Assembly: GCA_038046805.1 (NCBI GenBank)
Contig: JBBSVO010000002.1
Coordinates: forward strand, 147,945-169,319
Reading direction: 5' to 3'
From: Candidatus Micrarchaeota archaeon
Lineage (GTDB): Archaea > Micrarchaeota > Micrarchaeia > Anstonellales > Bilamarchaeaceae
Length of the DNA stretch: 21,375 nt
Shown: positions 1-7,304 of the stretch, piece by piece
How the letters are laid out: each line of letters opens with the position of its first letter
How positions within the stretch are numbered: the stretch's first letter is position 1
The notes under the pieces: model-generated
What the model was told of the DNA's origin: nothing
What the model saw: the letters and a program-made list of their open reading frames with translations, nothing else
Databases searched by the model: none
Program-made: the position numbers and the translations under genes

Positions 1-150
1 GTTGTAGCCGCGACATTGTTCTTTACTTCTGTTGGCAGTGCATACAATGCCTGTTCTCCCGCGCAAAATGCGTTTGAGAATGAACAAATTCCTCATGGCC
101 AATGTTTAGGCACGATCCCCAAAACACAGGAAACGCAGGAACACCTATAA
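1..150 (+). CDS. possible 3' end of a CDS entering from outside the window (hypothetical protein)
   Basis: Frame 1 is open from base 1 to TAA at 148-150 (VVAATLFFTSVGSAYNAC...QETQEHL*) and ends just before the next + strand gene. No recognisable motif. Confidence 0.35.
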   Translation, partial: VVAATLFFTSVGSAYNACSPAQNAFENEQIPHGQCLGTIPKTQETQEHL

Positions 151-171
151 AATAATCTTGACGTGATAAAT

Positions 172-591
172 ATGGAAGTCGAACGCGCACATGATATTCA
201 GGAACGAATTGACGAAATACTCTCAGTCATGGGGCCGGACATGGGCCACGTGATAAATGCAAGGATTATCTGCATGCGGAGCAGGGATGCAAAGGCACGC
301 GCATATGCGAGAATCTGGGCATTGCCTTCAATCTGGCAAAAGGCGCTTGAAATAAATCCATTTTATGTTATTGAGGTGCTAACTGAAAAGTTTGACAGGC
401 TCGGAGATGAAGATAAAACAAAGATTTTGATTCACGAGCTGATGCATGTTCCTAAAAAGTTTTCCGGGGGGCTTGTCCCGCACAATAACCGTGGTTGCAA
501 AATAGACCGTGTAAATGTAGATAAGGCGTATGAAAAATATCTGGAAAAGAAAAAACTTAAGGCAGAATCAACAGATTCTATTTTTCCCTGA
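172..591 (+). CDS. putative zinc metallopeptidase (HExxH; archaeal/phage metallopeptidase-like)
   Basis: HELMH zincin motif, preceded by ARIW and YVIEV..EKF and followed by FSGGLVPH, as recalled for small archaeal predicted metallopeptidases. ATG at 172 is preferred to GTG at 163 because GTGAT at 163-167 looks like the SD site. Confidence 0.8.
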   Translation: MEVERAHDIQERIDEILSVMGPDMGHVINARIICMRSRDAKARAYARIWALPSIWQKALEINPFYVIEVLTEKFDRLGDEDKTKILIHELMHVPKKFSGGLVPHNNRGCKIDRVNVDKAYEKYLEKKKLKAESTDSIFP

Positions 592-618
592 CTTGGTGCG
601 CACCTGAGTTTTATCTAG

Positions 619-662
619 AAATAATAAAATAAAAAAATCGGAAAAATAAAAGAAAAATTATT
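619..662 (-). terminator. T-rich archaeal-type terminator tract on the minus strand
   Basis: The A-rich + strand tract reads as several oligo-T runs on the minus strand, immediately after the TAA of ORF 663..884. Confidence 0.45.
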
Positions 663-884
663 TTACTGTCCAGCCTTCATTGATTCGCAACTAACTTCGA
701 CGGAGCCTTCATGACTTCTTACCGTTACTGATTCTGTATTTGGTTTGCAAACACTAAGAATCGGTTTTGAACAGGAGGAAGTTGGTGTGGCCATTTCAGC
801 TAATGAACATGCATTAGTAGTTGCACTGTCACCGTGTGGCAAAACATTAGACGCTAAATTCAAATCAAGACCAAAAATTCCCAA
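663..884 (-). CDS. small hypothetical Ser/Thr/Cys-rich protein (73 aa)
   Basis: Only sizeable ORF in a ~390-bp gap. It is followed by an oligo-T tract and lies divergent from the palindromic TATA box at 952-959. TTG start and no known motif. Confidence 0.35.
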   Translation of the reverse strand: MGIFGLDLNLASNVLPHGDSATTNACSLAEMATPTSSCSKPILSVCKPNTESVTVRSHEGSVEVSCESMKAGQ

Positions 885-913
885 CCTTTGACTCTAAACG
901 CTATACCAAAGCA

Positions 914-931
914 ACTTAACCATGGTTAAGT
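914..931. promoter_or_regulatory. perfect 18-bp palindrome ACTTAACCATGGTTAAGT, candidate operator
   Basis: Exactly self-complementary and intergenic. It ends 20 bp upstream of a TATA box, and the half-site TGGTTAA recurs at 944-950. Confidence 0.6.
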
Positions 932-951
932 AAAAACCTTTTTTGGTTAAC

Positions 952-959
952 TTTATAAA
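952..959 (+). promoter_or_regulatory. TATA box TTTATAAA for a leaderless ATPase transcript
   Basis: Consensus archaeal TATA box beginning 29 nt upstream of ATG 981. No SD motif before that ATG. Confidence 0.65.
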
Positions 960-980
960 TATTAAGGATTATATAAAAAC

Positions 981-2021
981 ATGTACTTTACTACTGAGCC
1001 CAAGAGCAACAAGGAGGATTTTTTCAATTATGAGTATGAGTATAATGAACTTAAAAAGGCAATAGCAAGAAAAGAAAAGATCATCTCTGTTTTAGGGGTT
1101 AGAAGAGTAGGAAAAACAAGCCTCTTAAACATCTTATACCATGAGACAAAGGAGCTCAAAGTATGGCTTGATGGGAGAATCCTCTCAAATCCGAAGAAAG
1201 AGGTCTTTTCTGCCATATATGATGTTGTGAAAACAGGTAAATCTAAAATATTTGGAAAAATAGAAAGCCTGAATATTTCAGCTTTTGGAATAGGCCTTGA
1301 TGTAAAAATCGCTTCGGAAAGTTTAGTAGAAATAGAAAACAAAATTAGAAAAGCAGGTGCGTTTTATGTTTTTATAGATGAAGCACAAAAAGCGAATGTA
1401 ACTGATTTAGCAAATGTTTTGTCTTATTTTTATGATCGTTTTCCTAATGTTTTCTTTATTATTTCTGGCAGTGAAATAGGGCTAATTGAGGATGTACTCG
1501 GAGAAAATGATGGTGAACACCCATTATATGGTAGGCACATAACGAAAATTCTTATGAATCGGCTTGACAAGAGTAGGGGATTCGAATTCTTGAATAATGG
1601 TTTTGATCAATTGAAGACAAAAATAAAGAAAGAGGATATCTATGAAGCTATAGAGAAACTAGATGGTCTGATAGGCTGGCTTACGTTATATGGTTATGAA
1701 AAAGGAATTATAAAAAGTGAGAAAGCTCTTGAAAAAACCGTTGAAACTGCATCACGGATTGTTGCTTCTGAACTCACAAATTTTTTCAAAAGGACAAAGA
1801 ATAAAGGATTATATTTAACAGTGTTGAGAGAAGCAAAAGGAATAACATGGACTGAACTTAAAGTGAGAACTGAGCACGAACTTGGAAAACAATTAAACCC
1901 GAATTCTTTTACATCTGCATTAGAGAAACTTATAGATTATTCATTTTTGGAAAAAAAGGATGAAAAATATTATTTAGCTGACCCGCTGTTGTTAAAGGCC
2001 TCGTTCTTAGCTGCTAAATGA
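981..2021 (+). CDS. archaeal AAA+ ATPase (ATPase_2/COG1672-like) with probable C-terminal winged helix
   Basis: N-terminal YF..EPK....DFF, Walker A GVRRVGKTS, Walker B VFIDEAQ, ISGSE, PLYGR, GLIGWL, and a C-terminal wHTH-like tail (WTELK...LEKLIDYSFLEK....YYLADPLL). Confidence 0.9.
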   Translation: MYFTTEPKSNKEDFFNYEYEYNELKKAIARKEKIISVLGVRRVGKTSLLNILYHETKELKVWLDGRILSNPKKEVFSAIYDVVKTGKSKIFGKIESLNISAFGIGLDVKIASESLVEIENKIRKAGAFYVFIDEAQKANVTDLANVLSYFYDRFPNVFFIISGSEIGLIEDVLGENDGEHPLYGRHITKILMNRLDKSRGFEFLNNGFDQLKTKIKKEDIYEAIEKLDGLIGWLTLYGYEKGIIKSEKALEKTVETASRIVASELTNFFKRTKNKGLYLTVLREAKGITWTELKVRTEHELGKQLNPNSFTSALEKLIDYSFLEKKDEKYYLADPLLLKASFLAAK

Positions 2022-2129
2022 TTAAAGCTCATTACCGCTCAGAGGTCTGTAGACGAGATGTTAAAAATGCTGCTCTAAGTGACCATGCTAGACCACTGCT
2101 ATAAAAAGCTTGTCTTGAAGGCACATTGC

Positions 2130-2178
2130 CCGGAACGCAAGACCCTAAATCCAAGACCCGAAACTGGAAACCCGAGAC
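2130..2178 (+). repeat. degenerate heptamer tandem repeat, 7 units (consensus about CCRARAC)
   Basis: ccggaac gcaagac cctaaat ccaagac ccgaaac tggaaac ccgagac, lying between convergent genes. Confidence 0.65.
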
Positions 2179-2207
2179 CCCTTATTTTGCCCATGCAACC
2201 TTTTGCT

Positions 2208-2741
2208 TCACTCAAATATGGCCCTTCCCATTCTAATAAACTTTACTGCGTTATCATTACCATAAACGTATGCCAGAATAAGTTCCTTTCTCAGTTTCCC
2301 TGAGGCTTCAAACAATTTATTTATTCCCTTCAAATCAGTAGTCCATTCCTTTGGAACAACTAGAACAACATATTTCGTCCGGTCTTCCCCGGCACGCAAT
2401 CCTTTCTGATGAACACGGATGAAATCAACTGCCGGTGCATTCCCGTCCTCGCCATTACCCACTTCGTTGCTCATCCTGCACACGTATCCTTTGCTCCACA
2501 AGTGGCGGATCACCGCGAGTTTATCCTCAGCAAGCGGATCTTTTTTCATTTGTTCCGCGATTATTCTCTTTGCGTCTTCGGGAGTTCCAATTACTCCGCG
2601 TTCGAAAAGATATGCCGCAAGGATTGGCGGCACAACAACATTCTCAACAATGTTCGGAATTGCGCCCATTCTGTAAAGTTTCTGTACTGTGTCTGGTTCT
2701 GAAACAGTAATTTTCTTCTCGGGTTCTTTTTTCTCTTTCAT
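2208..2741 (-). CDS. tRNA-splicing endonuclease-fold protein, probably a non-catalytic (structural) subunit
   Basis: Aligns by eye with EndA: AAYLFERGVI, K.AV.RHL.SKGY, DFIRVH.KG...G.DRTKYVV.V, RKELILAYV. The catalytic Tyr position is His, the catalytic His position is Arg, and GxKYG is absent. SD AGGTGG upstream. Confidence 0.72.
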   Translation of the reverse strand: MKEKKEPEKKITVSEPDTVQKLYRMGAIPNIVENVVVPPILAAYLFERGVIGTPEDAKRIIAEQMKKDPLAEDKLAVIRHLWSKGYVCRMSNEVGNGEDGNAPAVDFIRVHQKGLRAGEDRTKYVVLVVPKEWTTDLKGINKLFEASGKLRKELILAYVYGNDNAVKFIRMGRAIFE

Positions 2742-2756
2742 TTTCGTCCACCTTTT

Positions 2757-3236
2757 TTATCGCGCTTGTTCTGTTCGGTATGCCCCGCCTTTTTTATCAA
2801 TGATGCTTACGATTTTTTTCATGTCTTCTTCCGTTATTCCACCCATCCGTACCTCAATCTTTTCAGTGCCTGCAGTATCTATCTCAATTGTTCCAACCTT
2901 AAGCATCCGTTCTATCGGGTCCTGCTTCATGTTCACGCTCGTAATCCTGTCATAATCCGCGTGAAAAGTTTCTTTTGTTATAATCCCGCTCTCTGCAATT
3001 GCCTGCCCTTCCTCCAAAATAATTCTCTTGAATTTTTTGCTTATTTCCGCGGATGCGCACAATGCCAATGCGATTATCCACACTAATGCAATGACGTACA
3101 AAAGCACATCTCCAAAATATCCCCAGAAAAGCCCGATTATAATTGTAACTGCCAATGCAAAGAGAAGTATTTTTATCTGTAATGCCAATGCACCTGGTTT
3201 TATTATTGTAATTGTCTTTTCATTTTTTTCTACCAT
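2757..3236 (-). CDS. membrane protein with bacterial PH (bPH_2, YdbS-like) domain
   Basis: Two N-terminal TM helices, then SGIITK...Y.RITSV...QDPIERML.VGTIEIDTAGT, typical of bPH_2. Confidence 0.85.
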   Translation of the reverse strand: MVEKNEKTITIIKPGALALQIKILLFALAVTIIIGLFWGYFGDVLLYVIALVWIIALALCASAEISKKFKRIILEEGQAIAESGIITKETFHADYDRITSVNMKQDPIERMLKVGTIEIDTAGTEKIEVRMGGITEEDMKKIVSIIDKKGGAYRTEQAR

Positions 3237-3288
3237 AGTTTATTTGTTGGGACACGAATCGTTAAAAACCATTGACTCAATCTTTACC

Positions 3289-3696
3289 ATGGTTGATTCT
3301 ATGCTTATTTACACAGATGGTGCCTGCTCCGGAAACCCTGGGAAAATGGGGATTGGTGCGGTTCTCATAAAAAACGGGGTTGCAGTAAAGAAAATAAGCG
3401 AGGACATTGGCGAAGGCACTAATAATATCGCCGAATATACTGCGGTAATCCGTGCGCTTGAAGAGGCGCAAAAGCTTGGCGAAGCAGATATAACCCTGCG
3501 AAGTGACAGCCTTCTCATCATTCAGCAATTGCGTGGGGAATACAGAATACGAGCAATCCACCTCCGGGAACTTAAGCGAAAAATCGACGCGATTTGCAGA
3601 GATAAGGGGCACGAGCTTCACGTAACTTTTGAGCATGTCCCGCGCGAGCAGAACAAGACTGCGGATAAATTATCCAAAGATGCCATAGGGTTGTGA
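3289..3696 (+). CDS. rnhA: ribonuclease HI family protein
   Basis: IYTDGACSGNPG, TNNIAEY, SDSLL, HVPREQN..ADKLS give the intact D-E-D-D set. Start moved to ATG 3289 (3301 is an alternative) because the track's extension to 3028 overlaps the opposite-strand gene. TTAAAAA at 3262-3268 fits a leaderless promoter. Confidence 0.92.
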   Translation: MVDSMLIYTDGACSGNPGKMGIGAVLIKNGVAVKKISEDIGEGTNNIAEYTAVIRALEEAQKLGEADITLRSDSLLIIQQLRGEYRIRAIHLRELKRKIDAICRDKGHELHVTFEHVPREQNKTADKLSKDAIGL

Positions 3697-3720
3697 TGTG
3701 TAGGGCTGGAAGGCGTAATC

Positions 3721-4980
3721 ATGAATGTTGTTCAGGATTTTTCCATAGGAAAATATTTCACCTTTGACCCAAGCAAGGGCAAGCCCATTTATAATTGGTT
3801 TTATTACAAGGAGGCGTTTTCTCCGGAAGTTGTTGATTACGTAATTGATAATCTTGATGAAATAGGAATTTCATCGAGAGCTCGTGACCGAAGGTCACGG
3901 GATTTTGTTCCGCACGGAAAGGCCACTGCGTCCGCTGCAACTCTCTACGACCCTTTTTGCGGTGCAGGAACATCCGTCCTTCGCGCAAAGGAACGCGGAT
4001 TTTCTTCATTCGCGGTTGATTCTTCCCCGCTCGCGGTTTTCGTTTCAAGGGTAAAATGCGCAGATTATTCAGAAAGCGACATTGCGGAAATAAAAAAATT
4101 TTTGGAGGAAATGGGCGGAAAATCATCAACCGAAAGCGAAAGGACGAACTGGGACTTTGAACTCTTCCCGCCACGTATCGCATTCCCGAAATCAAATCTC
4201 AATCAGATTCTTTCAATCCGCAACATGCTTGAATCCGTTGAAAACCAGAACGCTGCCAATTTCCTTATGCTTGCGCTTCTTTCAGTTATTCCGCAATCCT
4301 CGCTTATCGTGAAGGACGGCGGGGTTTTGAAGATTGACAAAAAGAAAATGGCAATGCCTGCAAAAGAAGCATTTAGGAGAAAGGCAAAAGGGATGCTCGT
4401 TGACATTGAAAGCGCGAAAGGTTCTTCTGGCAGTTCAGTTCCAAACACAACTCCAGACATTCGTCTCGGAGATGCAAGAAAAACCGAATTCGAAAGTGAA
4501 TCCGCGGACGTTATTGTAACCTCCCCGCCTTACCTCAACAATATAGATTATTCCAAAATCTATGGTCTTGAGCTGTCTCTTCTCGCACTTAACAAAAAAA
4601 TCACATCCGAAACCCGTGCGCGGAGTGTGCGCTCATTCATAACCTCAACCGCATCCGATACATCAGAACTTCCGCAAGAAGTCCGCGAATTCGCGAATAA
4701 AATTCCAATCGTTGGTTCATACTTTTCCGACATGAGAGCCGTTCTCCTGGAAATGTTCAGAATTCTTCGCCCGGGCGGGGTTGTTGGATTTGTCATTGGA
4801 AATTCCATAATCCATGAAACGCATATTCTCGTTGATGAAATCATTGCCGAAATGGCGGAGTCCGGGTCAAACGGAATCGGCTTCAGCAGCGCGGATGTCG
4901 TTGTGGGGCTTGAGCGCATCGCTGATGTCAGACCAAGGAAGGTTAAGACCAGAGAGAGTATTCTCATTCTCAGAAAATAG
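3721..4980 (+). CDS. amino-DNA methyltransferase, probably N4-cytosine, alpha-type motif order
   Basis: NWFYYKEAFS, SAM-binding motif I DPFCGAGT near the N-terminus, GDAR, catalytic motif IV TSPPY, RILRPGG and C-terminal ESILILRK. Confidence 0.88.
   Translation: MNVVQDFSIGKYFTFDPSKGKPIYNWFYYKEAFSPEVVDYVIDNLDEIGISSRARDRRSRDFVPHGKATASAATLYDPFCGAGTSVLRAKERGFSSFAVDSSPLAVFVSRVKCADYSESDIAEIKKFLEEMGGKSSTESERTNWDFELFPPRIAFPKSNLNQILSIRNMLESVENQNAANFLMLALLSVIPQSSLIVKDGGVLKIDKKKMAMPAKEAFRRKAKGMLVDIESAKGSSGSSVPNTTPDIRLGDARKTEFESESADVIVTSPPYLNNIDYSKIYGLELSLLALNKKITSETRARSVRSFITSTASDTSELPQEVREFANKIPIVGSYFSDMRAVLLEMFRILRPGGVVGFVIGNSIIHETHILVDEIIAEMAESGSNGIGFSSADVVVGLERIADVRPRKVKTRESILILRK
3852..3919. repeat. 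three tandem inverted repeats inside the methyltransferase CDS
   Basis: TCTTGATGAAAT-AGGA-ATTTCATCGAGA (3852-3879, one T.G pair), CGTGACC-GAA-GGTCACG (3883-3899, perfect), and TTCC-GCAC-GGAA (3908-3919). Confidence 0.7.
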
Positions 4981-4985
4981 AAACC

Positions 4986-4993
4986 TATTAAAA
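4986..4993 (+). promoter_or_regulatory. TATA-like box TATTAAAA, candidate promoter of the membrane-protein operon
   Basis: Starts 29 nt upstream of ATG 5015, the same spacing as at the ATPase gene, and is followed by a pyrimidine-rich spacer with no SD motif. Confidence 0.45.
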
Positions 4994-5014
4994 TCTCATC
5001 TCAGTTTCCTTTCC

Positions 5015-6220
5015 ATGCGGAATCCTGCATTCATGTCGTCTATCATAGTATTATTGCTATTTTTGCTAGTTGTTCCGCCCGCTTTTTCCGATTCATCTTC
5101 TACGCCATCAATTCTTGGATTCGATATGCTCTCCGCGGTTTTCCCGATTGTTGCAATGATAATGATAGTAATTCTTGCAATGCTTTACATGGCATCGCAG
5201 ATGTTTTCCCTTCCAGCTCTCAATGCCTGGGTGAAAACAGAAATCAAGGAATTTATAGTCGGCGCGATAGTTGTTGCAATCGTTCTTGGAGTTTTCTTTG
5301 GAACGACTGGTGTTGTATCCATCCTGACTGGAAAGGACAATCCGGAAAAGGCCGCACAGGATGCATTCAAACCAGTTACCAGCGCATTGAATGAGGCATA
5401 CCACGATGTAATACGTGTTTCGCAGGAGATGACTCTTCTTGCAGGTTATTCCTATAACTTTGCAGCACTTCCATTATTCTATTTCAATTATACAGATCTC
5501 AGTGCGCCATACTCTGGAGTTGGACAAGTTCTTTCTGCTCTTTCCCAGTCGGCAAGCGCAATGAGCAATGCACTGATGGTTTATCTTTCGCTTTCAGTTT
5601 TAATGCAATTCTTCTCATTTGCTTCTCTAGTTATATTACCATTCGCACTTTCGCTGAGAATAATTCCATTCACACGCCAGCTAGGCTCAACATTAATTGC
5701 ACTTTCAATCGGAGGTTATATACTCCTTCCAGCTTCAATAATTATTGTTGGAGAGCTTCACAGCCTTATTGAAATTCCAAAGCCAAATTTATCTGATAGT
5801 CAAATCTCTAATATGCATATGGAAATACCTGTTGGTTTTGGCGCATTTTGCGAATCTGATATGAAATGGTTTGCCGCTTTTGGAGAAATCCCATGGGGGA
5901 TCATAACATGCATACCTGCTCTTCCCTATGGTTTCTGGCCCTGTTTTGAGCTAGTTACAAAAGTTATCTATCCAGATATAATGGAAGTATTTCAACTAGT
6001 CTATGGATGGTCTTTTTATGCCACAGCTAAATTCATGGATGTTGATGTCGGTGCAATCTATGATACGATAGCCCCATTTCTTCAGGAAGTTGGGAATCTC
6101 GTTGTAATCAGCTATGTTGATACAATTCTGGTCGCACTGCTGACAATAATCACAGTAAAAGGGGTTTCAACTGCATTGGGCGGGGAATATTTCATGGCAG
6201 GGATACAGAGGCTGGTTTAG
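5015..6220 (+). CDS. multi-pass membrane protein, CedA/VirB6-like paralog 1 (~401 aa)
   Basis: Signal-like N-terminus. Motif A LYMASQMFSLPALNAWVKTE, motif B LPFALSLRIIPFTRQLGSTLIALSIGGYILLP, tail VKGVSTALGGE. Start moved from 4814, which overlaps the MTase gene. Confidence 0.75.
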   Translation: MRNPAFMSSIIVLLLFLLVVPPAFSDSSSTPSILGFDMLSAVFPIVAMIMIVILAMLYMASQMFSLPALNAWVKTEIKEFIVGAIVVAIVLGVFFGTTGVVSILTGKDNPEKAAQDAFKPVTSALNEAYHDVIRVSQEMTLLAGYSYNFAALPLFYFNYTDLSAPYSGVGQVLSALSQSASAMSNALMVYLSLSVLMQFFSFASLVILPFALSLRIIPFTRQLGSTLIALSIGGYILLPASIIIVGELHSLIEIPKPNLSDSQISNMHMEIPVGFGAFCESDMKWFAAFGEIPWGIITCIPALPYGFWPCFELVTKVIYPDIMEVFQLVYGWSFYATAKFMDVDVGAIYDTIAPFLQEVGNLVVISYVDTILVALLTIITVKGVSTALGGEYFMAGIQRLV

Positions 6221-6249
6221 AGTATGGGCAGAGGGTACTGAGGGTTTGT

Positions 6250-7251
6250 ATGGTTGTCTTGAGTCTTGAGTCTCGCGTTTCGCGTTTCGCGTTTTTCTTG
6301 GTAGCCGCACTGATGCTTTCCAATATCTCATTCTCTCTTAGCTGCCCTGAAAACGCAACCAGTTACATCCTCGGATTTCAGGAAACCCAGAACCTTATCC
6401 CGATTGTTCTGATGTTCACAGTGCTTGTCATCGTTGCTGCGTATATGATAGGCACTGCCTTCAACCAGCAGAACATAATCATATTTTACAAGGATGAAAT
6501 GTTCCATCTTTTCTTTTCAGTTCTTCTTCTCCTTGGTTTCACTGGCATTCTTTACACTTCCTGCGAAGTTTCAAAGGGTTTCCTTGATTTTTCATTCTCA
6601 GCAATTGGAATAAATTCGCCGTGTTACCAGACAAATTCGGATATGCTCTCGGTATCCACCTGTTATCTAGGCACGATGGAATCAAAGGGAAAAGTAATGG
6701 TTGAAAGCTTTGTTTCGGATTCAATTTACAATCTAATGGATTCAACATTTGCATTTTCGCTGTATTTCCCATTTTTTGGAGGGGTTACTGTTGCAACCAA
6801 CGCATTCAAGCGCACCTATTCTATGCAGTTTGATTCCCTGAACAATATCTATGTGATGCCTGCGCTAATAAGTATTTCAATGCAGCTTCAAATCCTTAAA
6901 TTTATACAAAATTTTGGAATGCAATTAATCTTTCCACTCGGTTTCCTCATGCGAGTATTCACTCCTACAAGACAGATGGGAAATGCTATAATTGCGTTCG
7001 GAATAGGGATTTACACTATTCTCCCACTCATGTACGTATTAGGGGCGTCAATGTATGATGTGGCACTTGGAAGCTGCGGTAAGTATTCCGGCATTATTGA
7101 CGACGCAGTATTGGGCGGGTGCGGAACAAAAAATAATTTCTTTGATGTTGCCCGCCTTATTCCGCAGGCGTTTTTCCTTCCGAATCTTGCAATGGCGGTT
7201 TTCATTTCGTTCGTAATGGCATTGAATAAGGCATTCAGGGTGATTGGATGA
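6250..7251 (+). CDS. multi-pass membrane protein, CedA/VirB6-like paralog 2 (333 aa)
   Basis: Motif A AYMIGTAFNQQNIIIFYKDE, motif B FPLGFLMRVFTPTRQMGNAIIAFGIGIYTILP, final helix FLPNLAMAVFISF. Confidence 0.75.
   Translation: MVVLSLESRVSRFAFFLVAALMLSNISFSLSCPENATSYILGFQETQNLIPIVLMFTVLVIVAAYMIGTAFNQQNIIIFYKDEMFHLFFSVLLLLGFTGILYTSCEVSKGFLDFSFSAIGINSPCYQTNSDMLSVSTCYLGTMESKGKVMVESFVSDSIYNLMDSTFAFSLYFPFFGGVTVATNAFKRTYSMQFDSLNNIYVMPALISISMQLQILKFIQNFGMQLIFPLGFLMRVFTPTRQMGNAIIAFGIGIYTILPLMYVLGASMYDVALGSCGKYSGIIDDAVLGGCGTKNNFFDVARLIPQAFFLPNLAMAVFISFVMALNKAFRVIG
6256..6297 (-). repeat. heptamer tandem repeat, 5-6 units, in the 5' end of paralog 2
   Basis: gtcttga gtcttga gtctcgc gtttcgc gtttcgc gtttttc. 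The reverse complements (tcaagac, gcgagac, gcgaaac) match the 2130-2178 repeat family. Confidence 0.7.
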
Positions 7252-7304
7252 ACGACACATCGTTCATGCTCACCTTTCGCGATGCACTCAAGGTGATTGG
7301 ATAA
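7248..7304 (+). other. 18-aa mini-ORF or remnant duplicating the C-terminus of paralog 2
   Basis: MNDTSFMLTFRDALKVIG* versus the paralog 2 end ISFVMALNKAFRVIG*. It overlaps the upstream stop (ATGA) and the downstream start (TAATG). Confidence 0.55.

Noticed and set aside
126..144. Short direct repeat caggaaacg/caggaacac
   Set aside because: Only two 9-bp units, explained by the QET-QEH codons or by chance.
981..2021. ATPase as the motor of the membrane cluster
   Set aside because: Its motifs and size fit the ATPase_2/COG1672 family rather than VirB4/CedB/HerA-FtsK. It is separately promoted and compositionally distinct.
2022..2207. Intergenic gap beside the endonuclease-like gene as a tRNA or CRISPR array
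   Set aside because: No cloverleaf or TTCRA T-loop and no repeat-spacer periodicity. Only 7-mer tandem repeats.
2079..2303. 74-aa + strand ORF
   Set aside because: Translates the heptamer repeat and overlaps the 3' end of the endonuclease-like gene. No protein-like features.
3028..3288. N-terminal extension of RNase HI given in the track
   Set aside because: Overlaps the opposite-strand bPH_2 gene. The RNase H fold starts right after ATG 3289/3301.
3289..4980. RNase H plus MTase as a retron, retroelement or restriction-modification system
   Set aside because: No reverse transcriptase, integrase or recognisable restriction endonuclease in the window.
4814..5014. N-terminal extension of paralog 1
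   Set aside because: Overlaps the conserved MTase C-terminus. The signal-like sequence and TATA spacing point to ATG 5015.
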